Notes under the pieces: model-generated
Told to the model about the DNA's origin: nothing
Databases searched by the model: none
What the model saw: only the letters and a program-made list of their open reading frames with translations
NCBI GenBank assembly: GCA_903860135.1
Contig: CAIOPG010000002.1
Coordinates: forward strand, 1,192 to 65,191
Length of the DNA stretch: 64,000 nt
Direction of reading: 5' to 3'
Source: Candidatus Omnitrophota bacterium
GTDB taxonomy: Bacteria > Omnitrophota > Gorgyraeia > Zapsychrales > Fredricksoniimonadaceae
Shown: piece by piece, positions 59,859 through 64,000 of the stretch
Numbering within the stretch: position 1 is the first letter of the stretch
Layout of the letters: each line of letters starts with the position of its first letter
Translations under genes and position numbers: made by a program

Positions 59859-59894
59859 TAAAAAAGCCCCGGTATCGCTACCGGGGCTTTTGTG
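59859..59894 (-). terminator. Rho-independent terminator after the OMP gene (bidirectional-looking)
   Basis: GCCCCGGTA-tcgc-TACCGGGGC with U-runs on both strands. Minus strand reads ...GCCCCGGUAGCGAUACCGGGGCUUUUUUAUUG. Confidence 0.5.
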
Positions 59895-59913
59895 ATCATA
59901 CAACGTTGTTCGC

Positions 59914-61233
59914 TTAGAACGCGACGCTGACGCTCGAGAGGAGCTGAGTCGCCGAATCCTTGTTCACTGCCGCGAAGGCATTGCCCGGAGCAAAGTAACC
60001 CGCGCTCACGCCGAACTTCACATCCTCGGTATACGCATACGTCAGGTCGAGGTCAACTTCGTTGCCAAGGCCCTTTTCACCATTAGCAGCAACAGCCTGT
60101 GTGCCACCTGTCGGCTGATTGATCGATGTGACCGCTGCCTTCTGCGCCTTGTTCACATTGTACCAGGTCAACTTCGTGGTCAGATCCTGAACCGGTGTGA
60201 CTTCAAACGCGGCTTCGGCAACGCTGAGGTTGCTGGAACCGAACAGGCTGTCATAGATACGACCAACATTCTGATTCTCATACACAGAATCAAAAGACCT
60301 GGTGTTGCTGTCCGTAAGATCCTTGTCGCCCGAAAGATACGTATAACCGGCAGAAAGAACCGGCTTCACATCCTTAAGGACAGGCAGTGCATAGTTTACC
60401 TTACCCTGAGCACCAAACGCCTTGATCTTGTTCGTCAAAGAGCCCGTGATACCAGCAGTACCCGTTTCATAAGCGCCTTCCAACTGCACATTCAAACCCT
60501 CGATCGGATTCGTACTGACGCGCAAACCAGGAACGTAAAGGTTCGAGGTCTTTGTGTCAGGATACGTGATCGCACTCTTGTCATGCTTGACGAACGTATA
60601 GGCCTCAACAACCGTGCTGAACTTGTCGAGCTTATAGTTCAGGTTGATACCATAAAGATCGGTATCATTGTTATCGTTGGTACCAAGCGTGCTGTTCTCG
60701 TTGATCTTGGAAGCAAACAAATCAACCGTGAGCGGATCATAGCTCAACACAGCCTTGACCGCGTCAAAATTACCATTGCCGGCGAGATCTGTCGCAACAC
60801 CGGTATAGTAATTCTTGTTAGCGGCATTATAGCCAACCAAAAACTGGTTGCCGTAGGCAAGTGTCTGACGACCGATCGTTACCGTAAGAGGAGAATAGAG
60901 CAACTCCTTCATGGTCACGTAGGCAGCATCAAGATAAAATGAATTGTTATCTGAATTGCCGGCAACATTCTGTAAACCCCATGCACCTTCATTGGTGAGC
61001 TTGATCGTGGTGGACACATTGTCCGTCAGATCAGCCGCAACGCCAACGCTGGTGGTTGTGGCAACGAGATTCTGCGCTGTCTCAGCACCAGCACCGGCGC
61101 CAAGGTCAAAACTCTTACGAATAACAGACGTGGTGGACAACGCGCCGCTGACCTTCACGTTCTGCACGGATGCGAACGCAGGTGCCGCCATCAGGGCGAC
61201 GAGCGCGAGCATCATGGTGATTTTCTTAATCAT
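59914..61233 (-). CDS. Outer-membrane beta-barrel protein (putative porin)
   Basis: Signal peptide MIKKITMMLALVALMAAPAFA. Alternating beta-strands rich in aromatic girdle residues. C-terminus ...SSVSVAF. Confidence 0.5.
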   Translation of the reverse strand: MIKKITMMLALVALMAAPAFASVQNVKVSGALSTTSVIRKSFDLGAGAGAETAQNLVATTTSVGVAADLTDNVSTTIKLTNEGAWGLQNVAGNSDNNSFYLDAAYVTMKELLYSPLTVTIGRQTLAYGNQFLVGYNAANKNYYTGVATDLAGNGNFDAVKAVLSYDPLTVDLFASKINENSTLGTNDNNDTDLYGINLNYKLDKFSTVVEAYTFVKHDKSAITYPDTKTSNLYVPGLRVSTNPIEGLNVQLEGAYETGTAGITGSLTNKIKAFGAQGKVNYALPVLKDVKPVLSAGYTYLSGDKDLTDSNTRSFDSVYENQNVGRIYDSLFGSSNLSVAEAAFEVTPVQDLTTKLTWYNVNKAQKAAVTSINQPTGGTQAVAANGEKGLGNEVDLDLTYAYTEDVKFGVSAGYFAPGNAFAAVNKDSATQLLSSVSVAF

Positions 61234-61457
61234 GTGATTCTCCTTAAGATTAGTATAAAAAAGCAACTAGTTATATGTTTACTAGATTATGTACTATTGA
61301 TCCCTATAAACGATGCCCCCTGACCCAGATCCTTTAAAAAACCTTAACACCTCCACCTCCTTTCATGGTCGGACTAGGAACATCTTAGGGTTTAAGATAG
61401 CGTTATCTTCCCACAGCTAACTGGTGGTGTCAATGAAATTCAGGAAATTTTAATGGG

Positions 61458-61491
61458 TTAAAAGACAAAGGGCGGACACAATATCCGCCCC
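61458..61491 (-). terminator. Rho-independent terminator downstream of tRNA-Arg
   Basis: Minus-strand GGGCGGA-uauugug-UCCGCCC followed by UUUGUCUUUU. Confidence 0.5.
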
Positions 61492-61517
61492 GAACATCCG
61501 TCTTTTACTTCTATAAA

Positions 61518-61593
61518 TGGTGCCCCTGGGCCGACTCGAACGGCCGCCACAGCCTTAGGAGAGCCGTGCTCTATCCATTTGAGCTACAGGGGC
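61518..61593 (-). tRNA. tRNA-Arg (anticodon CCU), 3' CCA encoded
   Basis: Reverse complement: GCCCCTGTAGCTCAAATGGATAGAGCACGGCTCTCCTAAGGCTGTGGCGGCCGTTCGAGTCGGCCCAGGGGCACCA. Anticodon loop CUCCUAA. Confidence 0.85.
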
Positions 61594-61671
61594 AAGATAC
61601 ATCAATACCTTTTTTGAACATTTTTGCCCCAGTGATTAAGACCCTAGCGGTCGAAGCCAAGGGAAAAATGA

Positions 61672-62376
61672 TCATTTACTGCCAGTCACCCGGATGGCAA
61701 GGCCTTGCTTAAATTCAGCGGGGGCATCATAACCAAGCTTCTCGGCTTTTTCAAGATAATATTGCGCATCCTGGTATTCATCCATACCAGCCAGGATGAT
61801 CGCCAGATTCGCCAAAGCGTCCATATAGGCCGGATCTAACGCCACCGCGCGCTTAAAAGCAGCCACCGCCTTATCCTGGTGCCCCAGCCGTGACTGCACA
61901 TTGCCCATATTAAAATACAAGACAGGATTCTTTGACGCCGCCAATTCACCTTTGGTATAATATTCCAGCGCCTGAGCCAGGCTCCCGTCAACTTCTTTAA
62001 TATAACCCAGATGCAGGTAAACATCCGGATTATTCAGGCCTTTATCGATGGCGTTCAGATAAAGGTCTTCGGCCTTCGAAGGCATCCCCAAATGAAAATA
62101 GATCGCCCCCAACCTGAAATAAGCAGGCGCAAAACCCTGGGTGCGGGCAAGGACGTCCTCATAAGCACTGATGGCTTCCGGCAAATGCCCCTTCTGCTCC
62201 GCATCAAGGGCCGCGGCCATTAAGCGTTGAACATCAGCCGTTTGCGGTTGAACCGAAGGCATCGCCGAAGAAAAATCAGGCCTGAAAAGGACCGCTGTCA
62301 AAACAGTCAAAGAAAAAACAAGGGTACCAACCAGGAAAAAATTAGAAAACTGGTTATTGTTCCGTACTGGCTTCAT
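61672..62376 (-). CDS. Tetratricopeptide-repeat protein with N-terminal TM anchor
   Basis: TM FFLVGTLVFSLTVLTAVLF followed by several TPR-like 34-aa units (AYFRLGAIYFHLG..., LHLGYIKEVDG..., YFNMGNVQSRLG...). Confidence 0.7.
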   Translation of the reverse strand: MKPVRNNNQFSNFFLVGTLVFSLTVLTAVLFRPDFSSAMPSVQPQTADVQRLMAAALDAEQKGHLPEAISAYEDVLARTQGFAPAYFRLGAIYFHLGMPSKAEDLYLNAIDKGLNNPDVYLHLGYIKEVDGSLAQALEYYTKGELAASKNPVLYFNMGNVQSRLGHQDKAVAAFKRAVALDPAYMDALANLAIILAGMDEYQDAQYYLEKAEKLGYDAPAEFKQGLAIRVTGSK

Positions 62377-62388
62377 GTAGCCTCTTGA

Positions 62389-62910
62389 TCAATACTGGAT
62401 AGCAGAAAAGACCGGAAGGTTTCCAAGCTTGGTGCGCCCATTCAAAAAAGAAAGTTCGATGATGAACCCGACACCCTCGATCCGCGCTCCGGCATCCGCC
62501 ACAAGCTTGACCGCCGCGGCAACGGTACCACCGGTAGCCAAAAGGTCGTCAATGATGACAACCTTATCCCCTTCCTTAAGGGCATCGGCATGGATCTCAA
62601 GGGTGTCTGTGCCATATTCCAGATCGTATGTAACCGTGCGCGTCCTGGCGGGAAGTTTCCCTTTTTTACGCACAGGAATAAAGCCAACCCCAAGCGTGTA
62701 CGCCAGCGCCGTTCCAAAAATAAAACCACGCGATTCAATGCCAACCACATAAGCAATATCTTTGCCGGCAAACGCATGCGCCAGGCTGTCAACCGCCGCC
62801 TTAAGGGCATCTTTGTCCTTGAGCAGAGTCGTAACATCCTTGAACACAATACCTTTTTTCGGAAAATCAGGAATATCGCGGATAAATTTTTTAAGGTCTA
62901 TTTTTGTCAT
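62389..62910 (-). CDS. apt: Adenine phosphoribosyltransferase
   Basis: 173 aa. FPKKGIVFKDVTTLL and PRPP loop VVIIDDLLATGGT. Confidence 0.9.
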   Translation of the reverse strand: MTKIDLKKFIRDIPDFPKKGIVFKDVTTLLKDKDALKAAVDSLAHAFAGKDIAYVVGIESRGFIFGTALAYTLGVGFIPVRKKGKLPARTRTVTYDLEYGTDTLEIHADALKEGDKVVIIDDLLATGGTVAAAVKLVADAGARIEGVGFIIELSFLNGRTKLGNLPVFSAIQY

Positions 62911-62930
62911 ATGTCAACCAAAGCAAAATA

Positions 62931-63773
62931 TTAGAGCGCTTGTTTGTCGGGTTTACCGGAAGATTTAATATGCTCCTGCTTGTCTGCGATCTGCCGCAAG
63001 CGCTTGATGATGGTGACTTCAAGCTGACGGACACGTTCGCGTGAAACCCCCATCACATCCGCGATCTCCGCCAGCGTCCGGCAATCCCCGTTATCGAGTC
63101 CAAACCGCATGGTGATGATCTGGCGTTCCCGTTCGGGCAGTTCCTTGACGATCTCACGCGCCCGTTCCTTGTTCAGGAATTCTTCCAGCTGTTCGTCAGG
63201 CGCGATAAGGGTTTCATCTTCGATCATGTCCTTGACCTGACCATCGCCATCTTCGCCGATAGGCGCGTCGAGGCTGGACATCTTGGAAATGGCCATCTCC
63301 AATTCTTTGATCTTGTCGACCGGCAACTGCATGCGCTTGGCAATTTCACCCACTTGAGGCTTACGGCCAAGTTTATGGGTAAGAACCTCCACGGCCCGGC
63401 GGTACTTGACAAGCTCTTCATTCATATAGACCGGCACACGGATCATCTTGCCCTGATCAATGATCGAACGGGATATCCCCTGCTTGATCCACCAGGCCGC
63501 ATACGTTGAAAAACGATAACCTTTGTCTGGATCGAACTTCTCAACAGACCGCATGAGCCCGATATTGCCTTCTTCGATGAGATCACTTAGAGGGATGCCG
63601 AGATTGATATAACGCTTGGCGATGCTTATGACCAGCCGGAGATTAGAACAGATCATCTTGTCGCGGGCATCCTTGTCGCCGGCCTGAATGGCACGGGCAA
63701 GACCTACCTCATCCTCGGCCGAGAGGAGCGCAATGGGACGAACATCTTTTAAATAAGCGCGAATTGAATCCAT
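62931..63773 (-). CDS. RNA polymerase sigma factor, sigma-70 family (RpoD/RpoS-like, no region 1.1)
   Basis: 280 aa. Region 2: LVISIAKRY...DLIEEGNIGLMRSVEKFDPDKGYRFSTYAAWWIKQ. Region 3. Region 4: RERQIITMRFGL...TLAEIADVMGVSRERVRQLE. Confidence 0.85.
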   Translation of the reverse strand: MDSIRAYLKDVRPIALLSAEDEVGLARAIQAGDKDARDKMICSNLRLVISIAKRYINLGIPLSDLIEEGNIGLMRSVEKFDPDKGYRFSTYAAWWIKQGISRSIIDQGKMIRVPVYMNEELVKYRRAVEVLTHKLGRKPQVGEIAKRMQLPVDKIKELEMAISKMSSLDAPIGEDGDGQVKDMIEDETLIAPDEQLEEFLNKERAREIVKELPERERQIITMRFGLDNGDCRTLAEIADVMGVSRERVRQLEVTIIKRLRQIADKQEHIKSSGKPDKQAL

Positions 63774-63856
63774 ATCTTTTAGTATGCCCTATAACACATG
63801 GATACCGGGAGCTCCAGCCACCAAACCGAAGCTCCCGGTATATTACACCATTTTTA

Positions 63857-64000
63857 TTACTTTTTTACTTTTTTTATTACTTTCTTTGTTGCACTTCCGG
63901 AAGTCTTACCTTCCATCGCCGCCTGCGCCGCCGCTAAACGCGCGATCGGCACGCGGTACGGCGAGCAGGAAACATAATTCATGCCGGCACGCACGCAGAA
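63857..64000 (-). CDS. ppdK: Pyruvate, phosphate dikinase, C-terminal end (partial; 5' portion beyond window)
   Basis: Hand translation of the minus strand: ...[56 protein letters not shown](F/Y)[13 protein letters not shown] is the PPDK C-terminal signature. Confidence 0.7.
   Translation of the reverse strand, partial: FCVRAGMNYVSCSPYRVPIARLAAAQAAMEGKTSGSATKKVIKKVKK

Noticed and set aside
63800-63840. Inverted repeat ATACCGGGAGCT...AGCTCCCGGTAT between ppdK and the sigma-factor gene as an intrinsic terminator
   Set aside because: No U-run follows on the minus strand where ppdK ends. The T-run is only on the plus strand, where no gene terminates. Kept only as a note within the ppdK finding.

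Overview
This 64 kb window is a chromosomal segment of a diderm (Gram-negative-type) bacterium. Several outer-membrane beta-barrel proteins end in a C-terminal Phe, and there are CusAB, RodZ and FtsK homologues. Almost all genes lie on the minus strand.

Housekeeping content: ligA, tRNA-Pro, fabZ, a riboflavin operon (ribBA-ribH-nusB-PHP-ribD-ribE), pgsA/pgpA, rimO, rodZ, ftsK, pnp, rpsO, tRNA-Arg, apt, an RpoD-like sigma factor and the 3' end of ppdK. A sulfur-assimilation operon (yezD-metY-cysK) sits next to a THUMP-less ThiI-like PP-loop ATPase and an aminotransferase. An rsmH lies outside any dcw cluster.

Accessory content:
- Two paralogous giant exported proteins (1711 aa on the plus strand at 19710..24845; about 1500 aa on the minus strand at 43155..47735). 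They share a conserved N-terminal domain of about 330 aa of unknown function and a conserved C-terminal tail of about 55 aa, with unrelated, compositionally distinct AT-rich cores.
- Giant protein 1 carries a complete PEP-utilizer phosphohistidine domain followed by a PPDK_N-type nucleotide-binding domain, the same order as in glucan-water dikinases.
- A CusA/CusB/YHS copper/silver efflux cluster with no outer-membrane factor.
- A FecBCD/BtuFCD-type ABC importer.
- Two type II toxin-antitoxin pairs (AbrB-type antitoxin with a RelE/ParE-like toxin; VapBC), a xerD recombinase, a ParA ATPase fused to a CBM48 glycogen-binding domain, and an orphan Flp pilin.
- A tightly packed seven-gene minus-strand cluster: porin, SsuA-like binding protein, FMN-binding protein, a radical-SAM-like protein with a non-canonical Cys motif, ABC exporter, MFS transporter, ABC exporter.
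- A 59-aa 4-oxalocrotonate-tautomerase-family gene that falls below the ORF-track threshold, found by hand translation.

No rRNA, CRISPR array, IS element or transposase was seen.
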